From Thecamonas trahens ATCC 50062 (Eukaryota; Protista; Apusomonadida), in assembly GCF_000142905.1 (NCBI RefSeq), contig NW_013657648.1:202922-266921 (forward strand): a DNA stretch of 64,000 bases, read 5' to 3'. The position numbers and the translations under genes are program-made. The stretch's first letter is position 1. Each line of letters begins with the position of its first letter. The notes beneath the pieces were generated by a model. The model worked only from the letters and a program-made list of their open reading frames with translations. It was not told the DNA's origin and made no database searches. This document shows, piece by piece, positions 45,201-54,827 of the stretch.

Positions 45201-48200
45201 ACGAGCGGTCGGCCAAGTACGAGTGCGCCGAGCCTGTGATGGACAATGACGACGACGATGGCACCGCCGCCGCCGCCGCCAAGTCTGCTTCCCTCGACGT
45301 GGATCCGCTTGATGCCGAGGCGGCGGCGGCTGGCCTTGATCCGGTGGCGGTGGCGCGGGCCGCGGTGCAACCGCTGGAGCCGGCGCCGGTTCTCTCGCGC
45401 GACGAAGCGGCCGCACTTGTCCGCGACGACATTTTCCAAGAATGCTGGCAGCAGAACATGACGTTTCTCTCGCAGAAGAACGTGTTTGACCCCAACTTTT
45501 TCGAGTTTCTCTCGCAGCTGGTGCACATGGCGCAGGCCGACGACGCAGCGCCGGCAGACGTGGCGCGGGCGGCGCAGCTCGGGACCGTCTTTGTAGTCGA
45601 GGTCCTCCTCCACGCCAAGGACAAGGCGAGCCTCGGCAGCTGGATGGACGTCCTCACTGCACTCTACACCAAGCATCTGCCGTCGGCGCGGTGGTTCCTC
45701 GCCGAGCTTGTGGTGAACCCGCGATGGCGGGTGCAGATTCTGCTCCACTGCACGGTGCCCGAGGCGCGGCGCGCGCTGCGGGCGCTCATTGTGGCGGCGC
45801 TGGAGGCTGTGGCGAGCGATGAGTTGGAGCGCGGCGTGTTTGGAGCGCCGGGCGTGCCACCCGAACTGGTGGCGGAGCCGAACGCGTCGCGGCTGGCGCA
45901 GACCGAGGCCGACGAGGCGTATCTTGGCGCGGACATTGCCGGTGACGTGGCGCTCATGCCGCACGTGCAGGGCAGCGGTTCGCTGGCTGTCCGGTTCTTT
46001 GATGCGCTCCTCCTCCACATCGGCGAGCTGCCGATGCACTGGCGCCACTTTGAGCAGTACTTTGAGGTTCTTGCTGCGTTTGTGAGCCTCTCGCCTCTGG
46101 CTGCGGCGGCCGCTGCCGAGCGTGAGGTTGTGGGCCGGCTTGTCTCGTTCTTCCTCGAGGACCAGTCGCCGTTCCGCCCGCCGCCTCCCGACGGTGAGAA
46201 GGTCCGGCTCATGGGCGAAAAGTTCCGCCCGCCGGCGCTGGCGGCGATGGTGGAGACAATCGACGTGCTTGCAGGCTCTGTGGTGCTCGACGAGGTTGAC
46301 AGCGAGGATGCCATTGTTAATGCCGGCGGCGGCGACGAGCTGTACCTCTCGGACTTTTCGTACTCGATGCTGTTCAACGAGCAGTTTGTGACCAAGGCGC
46401 TGATGGACAACGTTGCGACACCGCAGATCTCCCAGCTGGTGGTGACGCTGTGCAAGGACTCGATTCCGCGGACCCGCAAGTACACGCAGATGCTGGTGAC
46501 CGGCCTCGCAGTGGTCGCGGCCGACGAGGTCGGGCCGTACTACACGCTGCTGGCGGCGATGGTGGCGATGGACGACTCAGTGCGTGCCGAGCGCGGCGAC
46601 ATTGTGATGTCGGGCCTTGTGGCGGCGATCGACTCGCAGCTGCCGATGATGCACAACGGTTACCTGCTCATCCGCGGGCTGGTGGCGCTGGCAAGCGCCG
46701 AGGCTGGGGTGCGGGGCTGGCTCGCCTCGCACCGCGACGAGTGGGTGGAGAGCTGGCTCATGGCTGCGCCGTACGAGGCGCAGCGGGCCGAGGCCGAGGC
46801 GCTCCTGCTGGTGACGTTGCCTGGCATTCGCGAGCAGCTTGTGGCTGGCTGGGTCGACGGCGGGTTCGACACGCGTCTGCCCGGCTCTGCGCGCGACCGC
46901 AACGGCTCGTACGACGAGGCGCTGCGGTCGGTCATCTACTCGATGGGCATGGACTCTGAAGATGGCGAAGTCGACTCGGCGGGCTTCTTCCATCCAGGCG
47001 GGGCGAGCGGTGAGCGAGGGCGGCGACTGGCGGCGCGGCCCAACGTGCAGCTCGAGGCGACCAAGCTAGACGCCGAAGCGTTTACTGCGGTGACAGAGAC
47101 TGTGGGCTACTTGCTGGGCCACCTGGAGACGGCGCGCAAGTACATGGCGGAGCACTCTGACCCGCTGACCAAGGATGGGGTTGCCATCGAGTCTGCGACC
47201 AAAAAGTACACCAAGCTTGTGGCGTTCTTTCGGGTCCTGCGGATGCTCATGCTCCGCGACGAGGACAAAGCGGCGGTGTTTGGGGTGTGGCCCGAGTTCT
47301 GGAAGCTCTTTTGTGACCTCGACGCACTCAACCAGGAGCTCGACGACAACAAGCGCGAGATGATTGAGTTCTGGGTGGCTGCTGCTGAAGGCTCGCCACA
47401 GCTGCTCGCTGCCATCGGCAGCGACGCCGAGGTGACGCGGCGGATGCTGGACATGTTCATCTCGCTGCGGCCACTGGAAAAGTTCCTGGTCTACAACCGG
47501 CGGTCGCTGCCATCATGGTACCGGCTGTTGTGGCTGGTGGCACGGGCGTCGGAGACCTTCCGCAATGCCATCATATTCCACCACAACTTTGAGTGGTCGA
47601 TCAAGAACCTGTACGTCGAGTCGTCGTCGTACGGGCCGGTGGCGTCTGCGCTCTTGTTGACGATCAAGGAGCTTGCCGGCGAGTCGCCGGCCTTCCGGAC
47701 CAAGCACATCCAAGCCACGCTCGAGTCTGGGCGGCTTGTGTCGAACGCGCGGCAGGTGCTGCGGCTGCTGCAGGTGCTCCTGGTGAGCGACGCCGACATG
47801 GCGCTCTTCTGCACCGGCGGCGGGCTGGCGCAGGTCGCCGAGTTTATCGAGACGCGGCGCGAGGCGTCGGCGTACATGGACGACAAGGCATTTACGCCCC
47901 TGGCGATGGCGGTGGGCTTGCTCGACCAGGTCATGACCTTCCTCGTCTCGCCGGACGCGTCGCAGACCGCGACGCTGGCTGGCAAGGCTGCAGCGACGGT
48001 GGCGGCCGAGTGGAAGACGCGGCACATGGTGCTCTCGCCGCTTGTGAGCGCGCTCTCGTCGTTCCGGCGCGAGGAGACGCGCAACGCGGTGTACTCGATT
48101 GCGCTCAAGGTGGCGGCGTTTGATCCCGAGCTCTGCGGCGAGGAGCTGGTGCAGATCCTGTACAACGAGCACGAGTCTGTGGGTGCGCGAGGCTCCGAGT

Positions 48201-49072
48201 CAGGCCTGCCGGGCTACACCTCGGACGGCGACGACGACTCGCTTGACGGGCATCCTGTGCAGTTTGATCGCGGCGGGCGGCTTCTCATCTCTGCGTCGGC
48301 AGGCAACTTTGTGCCGCCGGACGCAGACGCGGTGCGGCGGCTGGGCAAGCTGCCAGGCCCGCTGATGGTGCAGCTGACGTACCGCGAGACGCGCGACCTG
48401 CCGCTGCGGGCGCTCGTGGCGGCCTACTACCGGTTTGTGGGCGATGCGGTGCGGCAGGTGCTGGAGACGACGGCGTACACGCCGCGGATCCTGGCGTCGG
48501 GCGTGCGGTTGCTGGTAACGGCGGCAATGGAGACGTCGACGACGCCCGAACTGGTGGCGCCGCTAGCGGCGCAGCTGCTAGAGCTGTGGCGGGCCGAGCC
48601 TGAAGTGGCTGTCCACGTCCGAGCCGAGGTGCGGTTCGACGACTGGGCCGAGCTTGTCCTCACCTCACTGCAGGGCGTGTTGGTGGAGTCTAGCGCGCAT
48701 GCCCTCCTTGCTGCTGTCCTCCCGGTGGCGGCCCAGCGGTTTGCTGAGCTCCGGTTCTCGCGAATGATCAACACCATCGCCGACAAGCTGGTCAACCTCT
48801 GCGCCGACGTGCAGACGTATGTGCAGGCGCCCAAGAAGGCCAAGAACCTCGAGAGCGCCGGGCGCGAACTGCGCGCGGTCCTCCTTGCCCTCGGAGTCCT
48901 TTTTGAGACAAACCCGGTGATCCGCCCAACCTTCCTCGCCACGTGCACGGCCCAGGCTGAGGCGCAGACGCTCGTGGGCGAAGCGCGCGAGCTCGTCTGC
49001 CAGGCGCTGGGGCCCGAGCTGGGAGACGAGCTAGTGGTGATGCTCGAGCAGGTGGTCCTCGCTGACGAGTAA
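39247..49072 (+). CDS. Giant ubiquitin-specific protease of the USP9/USP24/USP34 (fat facets) group; two apparent frameshifts (42453-42455, 44679-44682)
   Basis: Cys box GYVGLENLGATCYMNSLLQQL, QMDVDEF, HLKRFEFD, His box HMGTADSGHYY, WFRFND, SAYMLLY; ARM-like N-terminus (NVFGKMGGFD, HIDLIW); three ORFs join by adding one C and one A. Confidence 0.92.
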
Positions 49073-49163
49073 AGTCTCGAGAGCTTGCTGGAGGAGGCGA
49101 ACCACGCTGAGTTGGACGTTGCTTTTCACTGTGAGGCGCGCGGTAGCGCAGAACACCGCTCGG

Positions 49164-50669
49164 CTAGGGCGAAGGGGCAGAGACTGGCTCGAGCAGGGCG
49201 AGCGCGTCGGTAAAGGCAGCGTCAAAAACGTCGTCGGAAAAGCGCATGACCGAGGCGCGGCCGGCAGCAGCGACAGCACGGGCCTCGGGCAGGTGCGCGT
49301 AGATGTAGACGAGCTGGTCGGCAAACTCGTCGAGCGAAGTGGCGAGGAAGCCGCGGCCGGCCGACGGCGGGCCGACAATGTCCATGAGCGGGCCACCGGT
49401 GCCGTGGGCAAGCGTGACGAGGCCGGCAGCCATATACTCGACTACGGCGATGCCAAAGTGCTCGTTCCACATGGTGTGGAGGCCGACGGTGGAGGCGCCG
49501 AGGGCAGCGACAAGATCGGGAAAGGCGACGTCGGTCCGGATGTCAACCGCGTCGGCAACGTCGAGCTCGGCGGCCAGGGAGTGGAGGGCGGCGACGCGAG
49601 CAGCGTCGTCGGCATTGCGAACCGAGCCGATGAGGACAAGCTTGGCCTGGGCCGGGAAGCCTGGCGTGGCGCGAGCGCGGGCAAAGGCGCGGACCTGCAG
49701 TAGGTGGTCCTTCTCGGGCCGGAACTGGCCCACCGAGACGATGTCCAGCGATCGCGACGGAGCGTCAGGCGGCGGGAGCTCCAGAAAGGTGGCGCAGTCG
49801 CACGGCGGGAAGACGGTGCGGAGCGCCGGCGAGGTCATGCCCCACAGCGCAGCGATGTGGCCGTGGGTCCATGAAGAGTTGACGGTGACCATGGTGGCGC
49901 GGCGGCCCATAAAGCCATAGAGCCAGGCAAAAGCCCGGTAGTAGGTGGCCTTGGCCGACGAGAGGGTGACCGAGGAGGCAACCAGCGACGAGTTGTTGTA
50001 CGAAGGCCGCTGAGCGACGACAGCGGCAAGCATGTCGGTAGAGATGGTCGGGTAGTGAACATAGGCGCCGACGACAGCGCCTCCGATCCAGGAAAAGACA
50101 GGATAAGTAAAAGCGTAGCCCATCGAGTCGATGACCACATGTGCCCTAGCACGGAAGAGTGCCTCCCCAGCCAGAACCATGGATCCGAGCGACTGCATGA
50201 GCATGGTGGGGCGGAGGAGTGCATGCGACTCGACAGCAGTCCGGGTGGCGAGAAAGACAAAGATCGGCTCCCGCGGCAGCTCCACCGCAAACCGATTGCG
50301 GGCCCGGGCAAGGATGTCCTCTGGCGGGATGCCCTCGTTACCCTGCGGGAGGAGGAGAGGTGTGATGAGTATGGGGTGGGGGGGGGGGGGGGACGGAGGG
50401 GAGGGAGGGAGGGAGGGAGGGAGGGAGGGATGGCGTACGGTGTAGATGAGGATGCGTGCGGATGGCCAGCGGGCCATGGCAGCCGCCACACCCTTCCACA
50501 GCACCCTCTCTCCGCCACCACCTGCGTTTGCGTAGGGATGGAAGAAGGCAATGGTGTGGGTGGCGGGCGAGGTGAGGGTGGCCACCACCTTGCACACCAC
50601 AACCATGCCCAGGATGACAAGCACCGTGTTGTACGTCCACCATACCAAACTGACGAGGAGGATGTACAT
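49164..50669 (-). CDS. ALG11: GDP-Man alpha-1,2-mannosyltransferase; exons 50669-50439 and 50342-49164
   Basis: FFHPYANAGGGGERVLW, YVHYPTISTDML, NSSWT, SVGQFRPEKDH, GLHTMWNEHFGIAVVEYMAAG; 96-nt GTACGC...CAG intron. Confidence 0.96.
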   Translation of the reverse strand: MYILLVSLVWWTYNTVLVILGMVVVCKVVATLTSPATHTIAFFHPYANAGGGGERVLWKGVAAAMARWPSARILIYTVRHPSLPPSLPPSPPSPPPPHPILITPLLLPQGNEGIPPEDILARARNRFAVELPREPIFVFLATRTAVESHALLRPTMLMQSLGSMVLAGEALFRARAHVVIDSMGYAFTYPVFSWIGGAVVGAYVHYPTISTDMLAAVVAQRPSYNNSSLVASSVTLSSAKATYYRAFAWLYGFMGRRATMVTVNSSWTHGHIAALWGMTSPALRTVFPPCDCATFLELPPPDAPSRSLDIVSVGQFRPEKDHLLQVRAFARARATPGFPAQAKLVLIGSVRNADDAARVAALHSLAAELDVADAVDIRTDVAFPDLVAALGASTVGLHTMWNEHFGIAVVEYMAAGLVTLAHGTGGPLMDIVGPPSAGRGFLATSLDEFADQLVYIYAHLPEARAVAAAGRASVMRFSDDVFDAAFTDALALLEPVSAPSP

Positions 50670-50995
50670 ACTGGGTGGGGCGGTGGGTGGTGGGTGGGCG
50701 GAGTGGGGTAGGGGAGTGGGTGTGGCGGGGTGTGGGGCGTGGTACGAGAGGGGGGGGGGAGGGGGGGGGGAGGGGGGGGGGGCTCGGCTCGGTTGGTGCC
50801 ACCGATTCGGTGGAAGGTGCGCGGGAAGGGGAGGAAAGGAGAGGGGTGATAGAGGTGGGTGGAGATGGAGTTTGATGTGGAAAAGGCGCGGCAATATGAG
50901 GCGGGATGTGCCGGGTTGAGCCAAGGCGATGGAACGAGAGGGAAGGGGAGGGGGGCGAGGGGATGACGATGACATTGATGGTGGCTCACTTGTGC

Positions 50996-51503
50996 TCAAG
51001 AGTCGCGGATGGCGCCAAGGCCCTCGATGAGGGTCTTGAAGTTGACCTGCCCGGTCTCATCCGGGTCGTACTCTTTCATGAGAGCCTCGATCTGGGCAGC
51101 GTCAAGAGCCTCGCCAAAGTCGGTCATGGCCCGAGCAAAGTCCTTGCGGGTCATGCAGTAGTCCCCCTGATCAAAGACCTTGAACTCGCTGAACACCTCC
51201 TCGGTCTTCTGCGCGCACTCTGCATTGTCGTAAAAGTAGTTCATCATGTCCTTGAACTGCGCCACGGAAAACGCGTCGCTGATGCCAAACTCCTTCAGAA
51301 TGGCCTTGGCCTCTGCGTTGGAGATGCTGCAACGGGGAGGAGAGATGGCATGAGTTGAGAGTGTGTGGGAGAAGGGGAGGGAAGGGGGGGGGGGGGGGGG
51401 GAGACGATGTGGGTACGTACATGTGGCGCAGGCAGCGGACGAGATCCACAAAGTTGCTCTTGGGCAGTGAGTTGTTGGCGTTGAGATCAAACAGCTGATA
51501 CAC
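50996..51503 (-). CDS. Calmodulin/myosin-light-chain-like EF-hand protein (5' end in or beyond the gap); exons 51503-51421 and 51326-50996
   Basis: VYQLFDLNANNSL, FSEFKVFD, MTDFGEALD..QIEALMKEYDPDETGQVNF; GTACGT...CAG intron. Confidence 0.8.
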
Positions 51504-51781
51504 CTGTATCACCACCACCGATACAGAGCAACAGCATAGATAGCGACAGAGTAAAGTGAACGGCGAGAGTGCGAGAGTGCAAAGAGAGCAGAGCAGAGCA
51601 GAGCAGAGCAGAGCGAAGGTGACGGAGGTATTAGCGGAGATGATGATCATGATGATCATGATGATCATGACCATGATCATGATCATGATCATGATGGATG
51701 AGAGGGAGAGGGGGGTGAGTAATAAGTAGAGTGCGTGAGAGGGCGAGGGAGGGGGAGGGGGGAGGGGGAGGGAAGGGGGGG

Positions 51782-52696
51782 NNNNNNNNNNNNNNNNNNN
51801 NNNNNNNNNNNNNNNNNNNNNNNNNNNNNNNNNNNNNNNNNNNNNNNNNNNNNNNNNNNNNNNNNNNNNNNNNNNNNNNNNNNNNNNNNNNNNNNNNNNN
51901 NNNNNNNNNNNNNNNNNNNNNNNNNNNNNNNNNNNNNNNNNNNNNNNNNNNNNNNNNNNNNNNNNNNNNNNNNNNNNNNNNNNNNNNNNNNNNNNNNNNN
52001 NNNNNNNNNNNNNNNNNNNNNNNNNNNNNNNNNNNNNNNNNNNNNNNNNNNNNNNNNNNNNNNNNNNNNNNNNNNNNNNNNNNNNNNNNNNNNNNNNNNN
52101 NNNNNNNNNNNNNNNNNNNNNNNNNNNNNNNNNNNNNNNNNNNNNNNNNNNNNNNNNNNNNNNNNNNNNNNNNNNNNNNNNNNNNNNNNNNNNNNNNNNN
52201 NNNNNNNNNNNNNNNNNNNNNNNNNNNNNNNNNNNNNNNNNNNNNNNNNNNNNNNNNNNNNNNNNNNNNNNNNNNNNNNNNNNNNNNNNNNNNNNNNNNN
52301 NNNNNNNNNNNNNNNNNNNNNNNNNNNNNNNNNNNNNNNNNNNNNNNNNNNNNNNNNNNNNNNNNNNNNNNNNNNNNNNNNNNNNNNNNNNNNNNNNNNN
52401 NNNNNNNNNNNNNNNNNNNNNNNNNNNNNNNNNNNNNNNNNNNNNNNNNNNNNNNNNNNNNNNNNNNNNNNNNNNNNNNNNNNNNNNNNNNNNNNNNNNN
52501 NNNNNNNNNNNNNNNNNNNNNNNNNNNNNNNNNNNNNNNNNNNNNNNNNNNNNNNNNNNNNNNNNNNNNNNNNNNNNNNNNNNNNNNNNNNNNNNNNNNN
52601 NNNNNNNNNNNNNNNNNNNNNNNNNNNNNNNNNNNNNNNNNNNNNNNNNNNNNNNNNNNNNNNNNNNNNNNNNNNNNNNNNNNNNNNNNNNNNNNN
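51782..52696. other. Assembly gap
   Basis: N run flanked by poly-G tracts. Confidence 1.
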
Positions 52697-52827
52697 GGGG
52701 GGGGGACGGACATGCTGCCCCCATAGCGACATAGTGGTTAAACACTTGACGCGCGACATAAGAGAAGGGGGGAAGGAAGGCACTTGCTTGCTGCATAGCC
52801 AAGGTAATAGGTGATACAGGGGGGCGT

Positions 52828-53806
52828 ATGGCCGACGTCAAACAGAGGCTGCCACGCAGGGCCACCGCGCCAAGCAACCGGCCACGGAGGGCAACGAGGT
52901 CTGCCAGGGTGACAGCAGCATACTCGCTGACTTTGAGTGAGAACAGGCGCTTGCATTCGGGATACCTGACAAAACAGGGCGGGTACGTGCTAGGGAGAGG
53001 GTGGTGGAAGGGCGGGGGGGGGCGGGGGGGGGGGGGGGGAGGGGGGAGGAGGAGGGTGGAGGGGCGACTCACGCGTGTCGGTGTCGCATGTGTGGTGGGG
53101 GCCGGAGCACAGCAAGTGGAAGACATGGAAGCTGCGATGGATGGTGCTTACGCCTGTGGCGCTGACGTATTATGTGAATGAGGAAGAGAAGAACGAGAAG
53201 GGGTCGATCCGGGTGGCCGACATCACGTACGTGGCCACCAATCTCGGTGAGAGGACAAACTGCATCGAGCTGGGCACCATCGGAAGGGCCTTCTTCCTCT
53301 CGGCAGAGTCGGCGGCAGACTATGAGGTCTGGCTCGGGTGGCTCAACTTGGTCTGCACTGTTCCGCCGGCGCCGGAGACTCATGTGGCGTGCTTCAAGCT
53401 CTTTCGCGAAGGCCTTGAGCAGGGCCACGCCGCCACCACCGATCGGTACAAGGATCCCGAGATGGACGTGCTCCACCCGTTTGACGCCCTCGTCGACATC
53501 GGCGTCCCTTCCCTCGCTGACATCCTCTTCCCGCCGATCTCGACCAAGGTTGAGGCGTCGGCGACGACGCTCGAGCTCCGCGATGCGCGGTTCTCGGTCA
53601 ACGGCTCGGTCTCCATGCGCCAGTGCCCAACCACTGGCGCCTGGCGCGTTGTCGCCGAGGACTGGACCCCGTCGATCCATGCGTTTATTGAGAGCAACGG
53701 CCTCAACGTTGACGCCTCGGGGCCGTCGACGCCCAATCGCTCGCCGTCGTCGTCATTCTCGCACGCCTCTCGCCCAGGCGACAACGACGACGACGATTCG
53801 TCGTGA
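52828..53806 (+). CDS. PH-domain protein; exons 52828-52982 and 53113-53806
   Basis: Splicing gives HSGYLTKQGGKWKTWKLRWMVL...LTYY...KGSI...FFLSAES...EVWL, a canonical PH domain; GTACGT...CAG intron. Confidence 0.88.
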
Positions 53807-53893
53807 CTGTCAGGACACTCTCCAACCCTGGCCCACTACCATACTGTAAATCGCAAGCGTATACTCGGCAGCGCCAACTCAGCTCCAGGTGCT

Positions 53894-53924
53894 GTTGGTC
53901 GATTGTGTTATTCTGCCCTCGCTG
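53894..53924 (-). promoter_or_regulatory. Conserved downstream element of the H2A 3' end (HDE-like)
   Basis: Minus strand CAGCGAGGGCAGAATAACACAATCGACCAAC; near-identical to 54768-54797 after H2B. Confidence 0.65.
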
Positions 53925-53930
53925 GAGAAC

Positions 53931-53963
53931 GGGGGTGCGCTCTAAGAAGAGCGCAGGTTGTTG
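53931..53963 (-). promoter_or_regulatory. Histone 3' UTR stem-loop (H2A)
   Basis: Minus strand CAACAACC-TGCGCTCT-TCTT-AGAGCGCA-CCCCC, about 60 nt after the stop. Confidence 0.85.
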
Positions 53964-54016
53964 TAGGACGTGTTAGGTCCAGAGCACGCGTGCGCGAGCC
54001 GAAAGGCGAAGCTTGC

Positions 54017-54152
54017 TTACTTCTTCTTCGACTTGTTGGGGAGGAGGACGGCGTGGATGTTGGGGAGGACACCACCCTGGGCGATCGAGACGTCCTTGAG
54101 CAGCATGTTGAGCTCCTCATCGTTGCGGATGGCGAGCTGGATGTGGCGCGGG
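54017..54152 (-). CDS. H2A: Histone H2A (3' part; remainder in gap)
   Basis: [44 protein letters not shown]. Confidence 0.96.
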
Positions 54153-54588
54153 NNNNNNNNNNNNNNNNNNNNNNNNNNNNNNNNNNNNNNNNNNNNNNNN
54201 NNNNNNNNNNNNNNNNNNNNNNNNNNNNNNNNNNNNNNNNNNNNNNNNNNNNNNNNNNNNNNNNNNNNNNNNNNNNNNNNNNNNNNNNNNNNNNNNNNNN
54301 NNNNNNNNNNNNNNNNNNNNNNNNNNNNNNNNNNNNNNNNNNNNNNNNNNNNNNNNNNNNNNNNNNNNNNNNNNNNNNNNNNNNNNNNNNNNNNNNNNNN
54401 NNNNNNNNNNNNNNNNNNNNNNNNNNNNNNNNNNNNNNNNNNNNNNNNNNNNNNNNNNNNNNNNNNNNNNNNNNNNNNNNNNNNNNNNNNNNNNNNNNNN
54501 NNNNNNNNNNNNNNNNNNNNNNNNNNNNNNNNNNNNNNNNNNNNNNNNNNNNNNNNNNNNNNNNNNNNNNNNNNNNNNNNNNNNNNNN
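54153..54588. other. Assembly gap between divergent H2A and H2B
   Basis: N run. Confidence 1.
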
Positions 54589-54675
54589 CGTCTCATCCTC
54601 CCCGGTGAGCTCGCCAAGCACGCCGTGTCCGAGGGCACCAAGGCCGTCACCAAGTACACCACCTCGACTGCCTAA
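54589..54675 (+). CDS. H2B: Histone H2B (3' part; remainder in gap)
   Basis: RLILPGELAKHAVSEGTKAVTKYTTSTA*. Confidence 0.96.
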   Translation, partial: RLILPGELAKHAVSEGTKAVTKYTTSTA

Positions 54676-54726
54676 GCGCCTCTCCTCGCCCGTCCGTGAG
54701 CATCTGCTCACAGGCAGGCAGCCAAC

Positions 54727-54759
54727 CAACAACCTGCGCTCTTATTAGAGCGCACCCCC
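54727..54759 (+). promoter_or_regulatory. Histone 3' UTR stem-loop (H2B)
   Basis: CAACAACC-TGCGCTCT-TATT-AGAGCGCA-CCCCC, about 60 nt after the stop; 32/33 identical to the H2A copy. Confidence 0.85.
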
Positions 54760-54767
54760 CTCCCTTG

Positions 54768-54797
54768 CAGTGAGGGCAGAATAACACATCGATCAAC
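54768..54797 (+). promoter_or_regulatory. Conserved downstream element of the H2B 3' end (HDE-like)
   Basis: CAGTGAGGGCAGAATAACACATCGATCAAC, matching the block downstream of H2A. Confidence 0.65.
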
Positions 54798-54827
54798 CGC
54801 CTGCTTGACCTGTCTACCTTGCCTGCC

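Noticed and set aside
39247-49072. USP, ELO and AIDA as pseudogenes or split genes
   Set aside because: Catalytic and conserved motifs are intact and single homopolymer corrections restore them; sequencing error is more likely.
51640-51693. (GATCAT/GAT)n palindromic-looking run
   Set aside because: Simple-sequence repeat in intronic DNA; no evidence of function.
52710-52732. Possible first exon (MSLWGQH) of the EF-hand gene
   Set aside because: Plausible, but it borders a gap and cannot be linked to the downstream exons.
51171-53126. ORFs running through N gaps
   Set aside because: Artefacts of translating Ns.
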